DNA of 64,000 nt from a virus. Lineage: Duplodnaviria > Caudoviricetes. A program made the position numbers and the translations under genes. Shown here piece after piece: positions 37,916-46,280 of the stretch; position 1 is the first letter of the stretch; every line of letters begins with the position of its first letter. The stretch spans positions 1 through 64,000 of the IMG/VR virus record IMGVR_UViG_3300036453_000012. The stretch is one strand, 5' to 3'. The notes under the pieces are model-generated. The model saw only the letters and a list, made by a program, of their open reading frames with translations, was not told the DNA's origin and made no database searches.

Positions 37916-38899
37916 CTAATCCTGGGTTAATAATGTCGGATGCATTATGTTTAATTCTTTTAGGGCGTCATTATGAGCCATCTTATTACCTACATGTAGA
38001 GCTAATCCCCCTGCTAAACTACCGCCGATTAATCCCGCCAATGCAGGTCTACCACCTGTTTTACTTGCTTTATAAGCTAATCCTGCTCCTACTCCTAATC
38101 CAGTTACTCCAGGCAATATCCCAGTCTTCCAGTTATTATCAATAGACTTAGCATAGTGGTGGTATTGACTACGGTCTAGATTTACTCTAGGAGTAGCCCA
38201 GTCACCTCTAAAAGAACCTGAGTGGCCTTTGACGTTATAGCTCTCTTCTGCAATCTTTTCTAGGTAACGGTTGGAGGCTTGCTTATTCATATTCTCGATA
38301 TTATCTCTACGAGAAGACAACGCGTATGCACCAGAACCTACGAGAGCAGCACCCCCTAGTACTAGTGGATTTTTTACTAAATTCATTGCTGATCTCACCC
38401 TGATCCTGCCATAGTCAGTAGGTGCTACCCCCTTTTTAAATTGGTAGCCTATGCCGGGGTCTTTCATAACACTAAAATTATGCTTGGCATCTTCAGCCTT
38501 GTCCCGTAGCCCTGTCATAAGGTATTCTTTAATAAGGTGATAGTCTGCTTGTTTACTCATGCTCTCAGAGTTTCTCTTATTATTGAACTTAACAGCGGCG
38601 TAATCTCCTAGTAGTCCGATAGTACCGCTTACCGCACCTAATCCTATAGCTTTTTTAAAGCCAGGACTACGCAAAGTTTTTCCAGCAGAAGCGATAGGTG
38701 ACCTAGCTGCAGCCATTAAGCGCTTGCCTAGTGGGATAACGTTTTTTTCTTGAGGCCCATTTATACCTAGGGCATTAGCTACGGGATTAGAAAGCATACC
38801 ACCCCCGAACCCTACCGCACCAATCACGGCAGTATCTTTTAATTCAGAACTATGTGAGGGTTGGGTAGGTGCATTCAAGGAGGGGAGTGATTTACTCAT
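37916..38899 (-). CDS. Segmented internal virion protein (polyprotein-like)
   Basis: Three Gly-rich segments separated by MSKQA and MNKQASNRYLEKIAEE. Confidence 0.65.
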   Translation of the reverse strand: MSKSLPSLNAPTQPSHSSELKDTAVIGAVGFGGGMLSNPVANALGINGPQEKNVIPLGKRLMAAARSPIASAGKTLRSPGFKKAIGLGAVSGTIGLLGDYAAVKFNNKRNSESMSKQADYHLIKEYLMTGLRDKAEDAKHNFSVMKDPGIGYQFKKGVAPTDYGRIRVRSAMNLVKNPLVLGGAALVGSGAYALSSRRDNIENMNKQASNRYLEKIAEESYNVKGHSGSFRGDWATPRVNLDRSQYHHYAKSIDNNWKTGILPGVTGLGVGAGLAYKASKTGGRPALAGLIGGSLAGGLALHVGNKMAHNDALKELNIMHPTLLTQD

Positions 38900-38905
38900 A
38901 TATGA

Positions 38906-39361
38906 TTAGTACTGTTTAACCATAGCCACTGCAGTATCAAAGTCATAGCCTTCTGAGACTAGTTCATTGATTGCGGCTTGTTTTTCACGAGTAGCTGCAT
39001 AACCGCCTACTCCAGCAGCTCCAGTAGCAGCCAATCCGGCACCAATTTGAACCAAGCCATTACGAGCTAGAGCTTTGACTCCGTCCATACGATGACCTGG
39101 AGTTTTTACAGCTTTCACAGCATCTCCTGCGTGTTGACCTGATCTCCAAGTATTAAAAGCTGCATCATCGGTAGCATTCCGTGCTGCTCCAGTGGTTTTA
39201 CCGTACGCCCCTGATACCGCACCTTTAGCTTTACTATAAGCTCCTGATACAACTGCTTTTGCCGAATCTAAACGACTGGCTTCTTTAATCATTTCAGCCG
39301 CAGTGTCAAAATCGTAACCATCTTCAATTAAGTAGTTAAACGAGGCTTGTTTAGTAATCAT
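38906..39361 (-). CDS. Core/scaffold protein with GYDFD repeats
   Basis: LIEDGYDFDTAAEMIKEA; LVSEGYDFDTAVAMVKQ. Confidence 0.65.
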   Translation of the reverse strand: MITKQASFNYLIEDGYDFDTAAEMIKEASRLDSAKAVVSGAYSKAKGAVSGAYGKTTGAARNATDDAAFNTWRSGQHAGDAVKAVKTPGHRMDGVKALARNGLVQIGAGLAATGAAGVGGYAATREKQAAINELVSEGYDFDTAVAMVKQY

Positions 39362-39434
39362 GTTATTCCTTTTATAATTTTGTAAAGTACAGATCTAAAA
39401 AAGGGGACCGAAGTCCCCTTCTGAGCTTATTTTA

Positions 39435-40550
39435 TTAAGCGCCGTAAAGTTCGTATGATTTCTCGTTAACTAGGTTAACTGCTAGATCGTAGTCCACGCC
39501 GTTATAGCATAGTTCATCTAGGGCAGCTTTCTTTTCACGACCTAGTGCGTATGCACCTGCACCGCCTGCTGCTGCTAGACCTGCGGCCCCTGCGGCCGAC
39601 TTGCCCTTATTAGCGGCGATAGCATTGCCCGCCTGGGTAGCTTTGCCCTTAAGGTAAGTCGCACCTTTAGCTGCATTGCCATATGCTTTACCCGCTGCGC
39701 TACCGACTGCACCAGCAACAGAGTCCATACGACTAGCTTGTTTAACCATGGCAACCGCATAGTCAAAATCTACGCCTTGATCTAGAAGATCGTTTAGGGC
39801 AGCTTGCTTGACATGGGTGTCATACTCTGATTCTAGTGCGTCTGATGCTGACTTGACCATATCAACGGCTGAGTCAAAATCGTAGCCAGAATTGACTAGT
39901 GAGATAACAGCAGCAGTTTTCTCATGAGTTTCACCATCTAGGCCTTCAGGGCCGATTTGTTGATTCTGGTTAGGGGCTTGGCGTAGAACAGCAGCGCCTT
40001 CGGCACCTGAGTTATTACCGGTCATGTTTGAGTCTACCGCGCCATGAGCTTGTGCGTCTTGGACGATTGAATCAAAGATTTGGTTAATAGTGCCGCCGTT
40101 ACCTAGGCCATCGGTACCTGGGGTTGATTGAAAGATCTGGTCATGTTCAGCGCGTTGAGCCATTTGGTCTTGAAGCATCTTATTAGGTACGGCGCCTGGG
40201 GCTAGGCCACTCTCAGTATTAGTATCGCCGATACCAGCTTGTTTTAGGAGGGCTTGTGCTAGTGCTTTACCAGCGTCTGATGCTTGTTTGTTCATAGTGT
40301 CTTCACCTTTAGTAGTATTTGAATCGCTTTTTACGGAAGCAAACTTTTCCATAATTTCTCGTGCTAGTGCTGAACCCGATTTGTAGGCTGCTGACTTCTC
40401 AACTCCCTGCTCGTCTTTGTCTTCTTTAGTGTCTTTTTTTACAGACTTAGCGTCTTTATTTTCTTTGTCTTCCTTCTGGTCCGTACCGTCTTCCTTGTCT
40501 GGAAAACCTGCAGACTTTTCAAGACCGGCTAATAGGTCATCTAAATTCAT
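39435..40550 (-). CDS. Major scaffold/core protein
   Basis: Charged N-terminus, many K-x-A sites, three GxDxD repeats; directly after protease. Confidence 0.65.
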   Translation of the reverse strand: MNLDDLLAGLEKSAGFPDKEDGTDQKEDKENKDAKSVKKDTKEDKDEQGVEKSAAYKSGSALAREIMEKFASVKSDSNTTKGEDTMNKQASDAGKALAQALLKQAGIGDTNTESGLAPGAVPNKMLQDQMAQRAEHDQIFQSTPGTDGLGNGGTINQIFDSIVQDAQAHGAVDSNMTGNNSGAEGAAVLRQAPNQNQQIGPEGLDGETHEKTAAVISLVNSGYDFDSAVDMVKSASDALESEYDTHVKQAALNDLLDQGVDFDYAVAMVKQASRMDSVAGAVGSAAGKAYGNAAKGATYLKGKATQAGNAIAANKGKSAAGAAGLAAAGGAGAYALGREKKAALDELCYNGVDYDLAVNLVNEKSYELYGA

Positions 40551-40596
40551 TCTAAATCCTTGTGTAAGTGTTTGTGGTACAACTTCTATATTCCTG

Positions 40597-42090
40597 CTAC
40601 TTCTTAATCGCCTGTATCATAGAGGCTTTGGCCAACTGATAGGATACTTTATAATCCGAAGCAGACTTTACTAAGTTTATTTTAACATGGGAATAAGCAT
40701 TAGCTTCTGCTGACTCCTTCATTTTAGCTTCGATTTGTCTAGAGATGTACCATTTCATAAGTAAAGCCGTGGAACCTATTCCTAGCAGCACCTTGATTAA
40801 TTTACCTATACTAGACTTATCTTCGGAGTGACCTGTAGACATTAGGAATTCCCGTACAGTAGGCTCAGGCACTGGGCCGTTACCTGCGTAACCTACGCCC
40901 GTACTTCTAGCTATATTCATTCCTCTCGCTGAACGAATACCTACGTACTCTGGAAACATGGAGCTAGAATCCATGTATGGACCTAACATATTCGCTACTT
41001 TAGTAATAGGCTGATGATTTGTTATACACGCATCCTCTGGTGGTAATATAAGGTTGGCAATACCGTGCTCCTCAACTAGCGCCTCAACTACGGGTCCGCA
41101 ACCCTTCATAGATGAACCGTTTTCTACTTGGCCTACTAGCTCTGCCAAGAAAGATACTGAAGGACTCATACCCATATGGGCTAGGGTAGCCATAACTTCA
41201 GGCAGTGGGAAATTCTTTAGAACTGAAATTAATTTTAACTCAGGATCTGCTACCTTGCTTAAGATTGGATCTAACGCGTGATCATAGTCAACTATTTGCC
41301 CATCAACTTCTTTTATTAACTCTGAGAGTTTTTTAAAGGCAGAGGCTTTAGTTAAAGTAGTGTCTGTTAACCCCTCTATTACAGCCATCTCGGCTGAGCC
41401 TATTACCGGTTCTGATGAGTTCTGGGCGGCCAGCTTTTGTAAGACGGATGAGGTTACGTCAGCTGGGCGGACAACTATTGACATGTCAAAGAATTTTAAG
41501 GGTGCTAGATTTAAAGACTGAACTTTTCTACCATCCGGATATACCTTGCCTAAATCGTCCCTTAAATGTGAACAGTACTCTTGCAAGGTATGCGCCTTGT
41601 TACCGCAGATAGAGCATACGTCATAGGCCGTTTTACAAGCCATTGAGGTTGCAGGGAACTCTCCCCTAGATAAGCGATCTACGATGTCGGATCCTTTTAC
41701 CTTATCAATCCAAGCAACTACCTCAACTCTATGCATGCGCTCGTTATACACGGAAAATACAACCTGACCTATTGCTATGGCTGGGTTTTTATTTTGATGA
41801 TTACGAAAAATGTGAGAGGGAGAGGTTACGAAAGTACCATGACAATCTATTAGATTGGCTTCTGGGAAATAGTCAGAGTTTCTATTAGCCCCAAAATACT
41901 CCCCAGCCCCCATAGCCAGTATGTGAACGTATATCTTAGTAGGATCAGGTACTATTCCTAAAGAAAATTGAGTGATACGGGAATCAGAGGCCTGCTTAAT
42001 CATACCTTTAGAAGAGTCTAAATCCAGTATGGTTATTTGAGGCTCATCTTTATAAAAAGAACTAGATTCCACCAGCTTAATAAGTGCCAT
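40597..42090 (-). CDS. Prohead (head maturation) protease with C-terminal extension
   Basis: GANRNSDYFP, HIFRNHQNK, TSMACKTAYDVCSICGN, CSHL, FFDMSIVVRPAD. Confidence 0.8.
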   Translation of the reverse strand: MALIKLVESSSFYKDEPQITILDLDSSKGMIKQASDSRITQFSLGIVPDPTKIYVHILAMGAGEYFGANRNSDYFPEANLIDCHGTFVTSPSHIFRNHQNKNPAIAIGQVVFSVYNERMHRVEVVAWIDKVKGSDIVDRLSRGEFPATSMACKTAYDVCSICGNKAHTLQEYCSHLRDDLGKVYPDGRKVQSLNLAPLKFFDMSIVVRPADVTSSVLQKLAAQNSSEPVIGSAEMAVIEGLTDTTLTKASAFKKLSELIKEVDGQIVDYDHALDPILSKVADPELKLISVLKNFPLPEVMATLAHMGMSPSVSFLAELVGQVENGSSMKGCGPVVEALVEEHGIANLILPPEDACITNHQPITKVANMLGPYMDSSSMFPEYVGIRSARGMNIARSTGVGYAGNGPVPEPTVREFLMSTGHSEDKSSIGKLIKVLLGIGSTALLMKWYISRQIEAKMKESAEANAYSHVKINLVKSASDYKVSYQLAKASMIQAIKK

Positions 42091-42092
42091 AG

Positions 42093-42860
42093 TTATTTTC
42101 CACCCTTAAATGAATGCTTCAGATACGCCGCACCACCTGCAATACCTGCCGCACCTAGCGCAGCCATACCTACTCCTTTTCCGAATCTACTTCTATTCTT
42201 AGACGCGTATTCTAGAATTTCCTTAGCAGAGTTTTTCTTATAGGTAGGGGATCCCACGATATGATCTGTGTGGATTCCCCCTTTGGCTGTGTAGACGCTA
42301 TCTTGAAAAGTGTGCTTCATAGCCTCGTCTTGCATCCTGTCGCCAAAATTAAACTTAGTAGCATTCTTATAGTTTGTGTATTCAGGATTATCTACTCCCC
42401 TAAGACCTTCTTTCCAGTCAGGTACGTTGATCTTGGTGACACTTTTATTATTACCAGTGAGCATTCTTTTTAGTACAGGAAGCTCCGGCTTGTTAGCATC
42501 CCCTACCATGCCTAGGGTTTGTTTAATATGAGTACCAGATTCTATCTTATTCTGGTTCTCCCCGTACATCATTGCCCTATACTTACTCTTCTCAGCAAAA
42601 ACTAAATCTTTATTATGTTCTGTTAATCCAGCTATATGGGAGACCCCGGTAGTTCTATTAGGGGTCAACCCCTCCATCTTAATCTTAGCGGTATTAGCAT
42701 CAGAAGACCCGTGGAAGTAAGTACTTCTACCGGTCAAGTTTCCTCTACTATAGTTATGCTGAATAACCCCAGCTCCGCCCAGCACTGCGGTCCCCGCCAA
42801 AACCTTTTTATCGTCGGGATCTACTAGATCTTCTGCAATTTTAGTCAAATACTTATTCAT
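42093..42860 (-). CDS. Tagged virion protein with ADP-ribosyltransferase-like domain
   Basis: MNKYLTKIAED; YFHGS...KIKMEGLTP...VFAEKSKYRAMMY. Confidence 0.55.
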   Translation of the reverse strand: MNKYLTKIAEDLVDPDDKKVLAGTAVLGGAGVIQHNYSRGNLTGRSTYFHGSSDANTAKIKMEGLTPNRTTGVSHIAGLTEHNKDLVFAEKSKYRAMMYGENQNKIESGTHIKQTLGMVGDANKPELPVLKRMLTGNNKSVTKINVPDWKEGLRGVDNPEYTNYKNATKFNFGDRMQDEAMKHTFQDSVYTAKGGIHTDHIVGSPTYKKNSAKEILEYASKNRSRFGKGVGMAALGAAGIAGGAAYLKHSFKGGK

Positions 42861-42863
42861 AGT

Positions 42864-43340
42864 TTATAGTTTTTTAGGGGATTGTCGTAGTGCAGGTACG
42901 GCGCTAGGAACAATAGTAGATGAACTTAAAGTTCTATTTATATTTTGTAACGCAGCTAAAGATCGTCTTTCTAAATTAGCTTTATCTTGATTAGTAATAG
43001 CGGTAATTTTACCGTTATTATAATTAGCAGCAGATAGCCCTAACCCCGTACCCGACATCAGCAAACTGGCCTTTGCAATATGACTAGACTCTTTAAAAGC
43101 ATTTTTCATATTGTTAGCTATTCTGCTAATGGCGATCTTCTCTAGATATTTGTTACCTGCATTTTTAGTCATCTCTTGATACGGGCCTTCAGACTCTTGG
43201 TTATATTTGAACTGAGAATTTTGATTGCCAGTAACATCCGCAGGAGAAGTTATCCCCTGCGTAAAAGAACCTGTGGAGTTTCTAACACTAGGCTGATTAT
43301 TAGATATAGGTTTTTGGGCTGAAGCTGTCATTCTCTGCAT
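42864..43340 (-). CDS. Tagged internal virion protein
   Basis: Internal GNKYLEKIAIS; the true start may be nearer the tag. Confidence 0.55.
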   Translation of the reverse strand: MQRMTASAQKPISNNQPSVRNSTGSFTQGITSPADVTGNQNSQFKYNQESEGPYQEMTKNAGNKYLEKIAISRIANNMKNAFKESSHIAKASLLMSGTGLGLSAANYNNGKITAITNQDKANLERRSLAALQNINRTLSSSTIVPSAVPALRQSPKKL

Positions 43341-43875
43341 AGCGACCTTCCAAATCAGTGAGAGTTTTAATAGTCATAGGGTCAATACCGTCCCCGTGAA
43401 TCGCATTAGTCAGTACTGCGGTAAGCACATTAACGTCTGTAGATACATTAGGTGCAAAGCGAAATAGGGTATTAGCATACTGCATTACTTTATCTCTAGG
43501 AGCTTCATGGATAATATGATTACCTGCAATAGCTTTCTCTAGAGAAGCTAGAAATTGAACATGTAGGTTACCACGATTAATCTTCTTATACAAAACACCT
43601 GCTCCACCAATGCCTAGAGATAGTAGCAGTCCTCCTAAACCTTTACCGGCCTCCCCCATGAAACCATTACGAAGACTTCCATAAGGTCCTTTATTTCTTT
43701 GCTCAAAGTCAAACTTTTCTTGCTCCAAATCTGGATTTCGCCCAGAGGGGGATAAAGGACTCACGGGAGCAGCTTCCTTAATAAACCCATCCATAAAATC
43801 TTTGACCTGACTAATATCCCCGGCAAACTTTTCCATCGCGTATTCTTGTACTTCATTTAACATAGTAGTATCCAT
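43300..43875 (-). CDS. Virion core protein
   Basis: EKFA and IKEAA sites; Gly-rich hydrophobic segment. Confidence 0.6.
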   Translation of the reverse strand: MDTTMLNEVQEYAMEKFAGDISQVKDFMDGFIKEAAPVSPLSPSGRNPDLEQEKFDFEQRNKGPYGSLRNGFMGEAGKGLGGLLLSLGIGGAGVLYKKINRGNLHVQFLASLEKAIAGNHIIHEAPRDKVMQYANTLFRFAPNVSTDVNVLTAVLTNAIHGDGIDPMTIKTLTDLEGRYAENDSFSPKTYI

Positions 43876-43886
43876 TATAATTTATC

Positions 43887-44918
43887 TTACGAACGTTGTA
43901 GAGCAGACCAGGCATCTTTACTTTCACCTGTGCTAGTATCTTTACCAGGGCTATACATGGCTGCATCAAATCCTATTGTAGCACCTGTACCAATAACTGC
44001 TCCGATACCTAAACCTTTACGCATTGGTGTCAGAGGTTTACCAATTTTAGCTTTAACTACGTTACCTGCCTTATTACCTAGGTTAACTGCGGTATTGGCT
44101 ATACCTTTTCCGATAGCCTTAATAGGTGTAGCTACGACGGATCCTATCATCTTACCAATACCTGAACCCATAGCTCCTAGGAATGCTACTTTAAGTAAGG
44201 CGCTTCTATCTGATAAAGCTTGTTTCTCGGAAATAGAACTTTGAAGTAGACGCGCCTCTTTATATAGATCCGATAACCGAATAACCTGTTTAAGCTCAGC
44301 CTGTTTAAATAGTCCAGAATCAGAGTAAACTTTAGTTTCCCCAAACGCCATCTTAGTTAAGGCACTAAATTCTAGCCCGGACGTTACCGTAGCTAATTTT
44401 TCTAAGCCTTGGCTGTCAGCCTTTACTGCACTAGCGGCCTTAATCATCTCCGGAAGAATAGTGGTTGCTCTATCCTTTAGTTCCTGTAGCTGAGCATCGT
44501 TAATAGCCGCTTGCTTAATAAACAGAACTCGTTGTTCAGCGTCTACCAATTTCGTAGAAGTAAAGCTTGAGGGTACTGATTTTCCTAGAGAGGCGGATTT
44601 AGTAATAGTAGTAGCGTAACCTTGACTGGACTCAGGTAAACTGACCTTTGCCATAACTTCTGCATATTTACATAGCGGAAATTCAATAGTACGATCATCC
44701 GTAAGAGTTAGTACTTTCAGGTAGGCGATAGAGTTGGTAGCCTCTACCGAACGTTGAATTTGTTCGGAGTTAAGTTGAAGGGATGACGCTTGTTTGGCCA
44801 AGCCTTCACTTAACGGAACTTTATGGTTTAAGAAACCCTCTACCGTCTTAATGGAGATGTCTCGAATCTGATCTGAGGTAATTGATGGCATAGGGTTCCT
44901 ATAGGTGCGGTAATGCAA
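43887..44918 (-). CDS. Virion core protein with many K-x-A sites
   Basis: KQAS, TKSA, IKQAA, EKLA, LKVA; Gly-rich C-terminus; start may be the internal ATG (MPSIT). Confidence 0.65.
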   Translation of the reverse strand: MHYRTYRNPMPSITSDQIRDISIKTVEGFLNHKVPLSEGLAKQASSLQLNSEQIQRSVEATNSIAYLKVLTLTDDRTIEFPLCKYAEVMAKVSLPESSQGYATTITKSASLGKSVPSSFTSTKLVDAEQRVLFIKQAAINDAQLQELKDRATTILPEMIKAASAVKADSQGLEKLATVTSGLEFSALTKMAFGETKVYSDSGLFKQAELKQVIRLSDLYKEARLLQSSISEKQALSDRSALLKVAFLGAMGSGIGKMIGSVVATPIKAIGKGIANTAVNLGNKAGNVVKAKIGKPLTPMRKGLGIGAVIGTGATIGFDAAMYSPGKDTSTGESKDAWSALQRS

Positions 44919-44937
44919 TAGCTTATTTTAAGCTGGG

Positions 44938-45078
44938 TTAACCGTGCCCTGTATAGTGTTGAAACCGCCTAAGCTTAGGTTTTTTTATTTTCCTAGGACG
45001 GTGAATGGCCCTCTCACTCCGAGGTGTCTCCGGAGGTTTGAGCATTTTGGCAATCTTTTCTAAATATTTGTTACTCAT
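44938..45078 (-). CDS. 46-aa very basic tagged peptide (not in ORF track)
   Basis: MSNKYLEKIAKMLKPPETPRSERAIHRPRKIKKPKLRRFQHYTGHG. Confidence 0.7.
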   Translation of the reverse strand: MSNKYLEKIAKMLKPPETPRSERAIHRPRKIKKPKLRRFQHYTGHG

Positions 45079-45763
45079 TATTTAATCCTTCAAAACCCTC
45101 AAACTCTGTGACGCCGTTAGCGAAGTCTTTTTCTCTGTCTAGATCACTATACCCGCCGAACTCCGGAACAACTTCCATCAACGCTAACTCAATGTCTTTC
45201 TTAGCTGCTGCACTGTCTAGTACCCATACTTTAATTAGACGAGCAATATCCATAGACAATTTAATGTACTTAGTGGATTCCTTACTAGCGTCCGAGATAT
45301 TTCCATTGAATAGGGCTTCTTTAGACTTAAACACGCACATAGTATATAGATCTTGTAAACCATCTACGGGGGATATATTTACTTGCTTTCCAAGTCGCCA
45401 CTTTAAAAAATCAAGACCGACGGAAGTAGCCCATAGCTTAAGATTATTTTCTTCTTTATTAGGACCATTCAGCAGTTCCATCTTACTGAGCTTATCTAGG
45501 CCTTTTACGTCGTAGATTAGAGTTCTGTAGGATTCTAAAACTTCTACAGGTATCTCTAATACGTCGGATATCTCTTCAAGATTTTCAGAAGCTAAAAAAG
45601 AGGCCTCTACATACATTTTCTTTAGAGGGCTGTTTAATATTCGTTTAGCTTTGGAATAGGATATCGCCTCAGGGCAGGTAGGGTCTTGTATAATCTTATC
45701 TACAAGAAGGTCTGCACCAAGGGATTTGAGTTCAATTAGGATTGATTTATCGTCTAGGGCCAT
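45071..45763 (-). CDS. Hypothetical protein in head gene block
   Basis: 230 aa, co-oriented. Confidence 0.7.
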   Translation of the reverse strand: MALDDKSILIELKSLGADLLVDKIIQDPTCPEAISYSKAKRILNSPLKKMYVEASFLASENLEEISDVLEIPVEVLESYRTLIYDVKGLDKLSKMELLNGPNKEENNLKLWATSVGLDFLKWRLGKQVNISPVDGLQDLYTMCVFKSKEALFNGNISDASKESTKYIKLSMDIARLIKVWVLDSAAAKKDIELALMEVVPEFGGYSDLDREKDFANGVTEFEGFEGLNNE

Positions 45764-45782
45764 GTGCTAGTTTAGTACTAAG

Positions 45783-46280
45783 TTAAGACGACATATCTTT
45801 CTTACGGCTAAGAGCATACGCTCCTAGCCCTAGAGCTCCAGCAGCGCCTATACCTAGGCCGATCTTACCTTTGGTTCCTAGTTTGAAGACCTGTTTAGCA
45901 GGAGAGGGTCTCTCTACTAACGTAGGCTTTTCTACCCGAATACCCCCTACTAAAGGTTTTTCTACCGTAGGTTCATACTTGGGAAGACCGTGATCAACCC
46001 TAAGTTGTACAGGTAACCTAGGGTATGGATCACCCATTTTTTTAGAAAACCCGGCATTATGTGCAGTCATACGTTTATGAGTACTTTCTGCATGATACCT
46101 ATTAAATTCAGGAGAAAAACTGGGGTTCATAAGACTAGAATGTACCCTTACTTTATGGTCTTGGGAGTCCATAAACTTTTGTAGTCTTTCCTGTGTGGCA
46201 TTTGAACCATGTATATTTTTCTGTATCCACTCTGTAGATACCGCAATCTTCTCTAAATATTTATTTTTAGACATGATCAA
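45783..46280 (-). CDS. Tagged internal virion protein
   Basis: KNKYLEKIAVS; C-terminal GIGAAGALGLGAYAL. Confidence 0.7.
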   Translation of the reverse strand: MIMSKNKYLEKIAVSTEWIQKNIHGSNATQERLQKFMDSQDHKVRVHSSLMNPSFSPEFNRYHAESTHKRMTAHNAGFSKKMGDPYPRLPVQLRVDHGLPKYEPTVEKPLVGGIRVEKPTLVERPSPAKQVFKLGTKGKIGLGIGAAGALGLGAYALSRKKDMSS

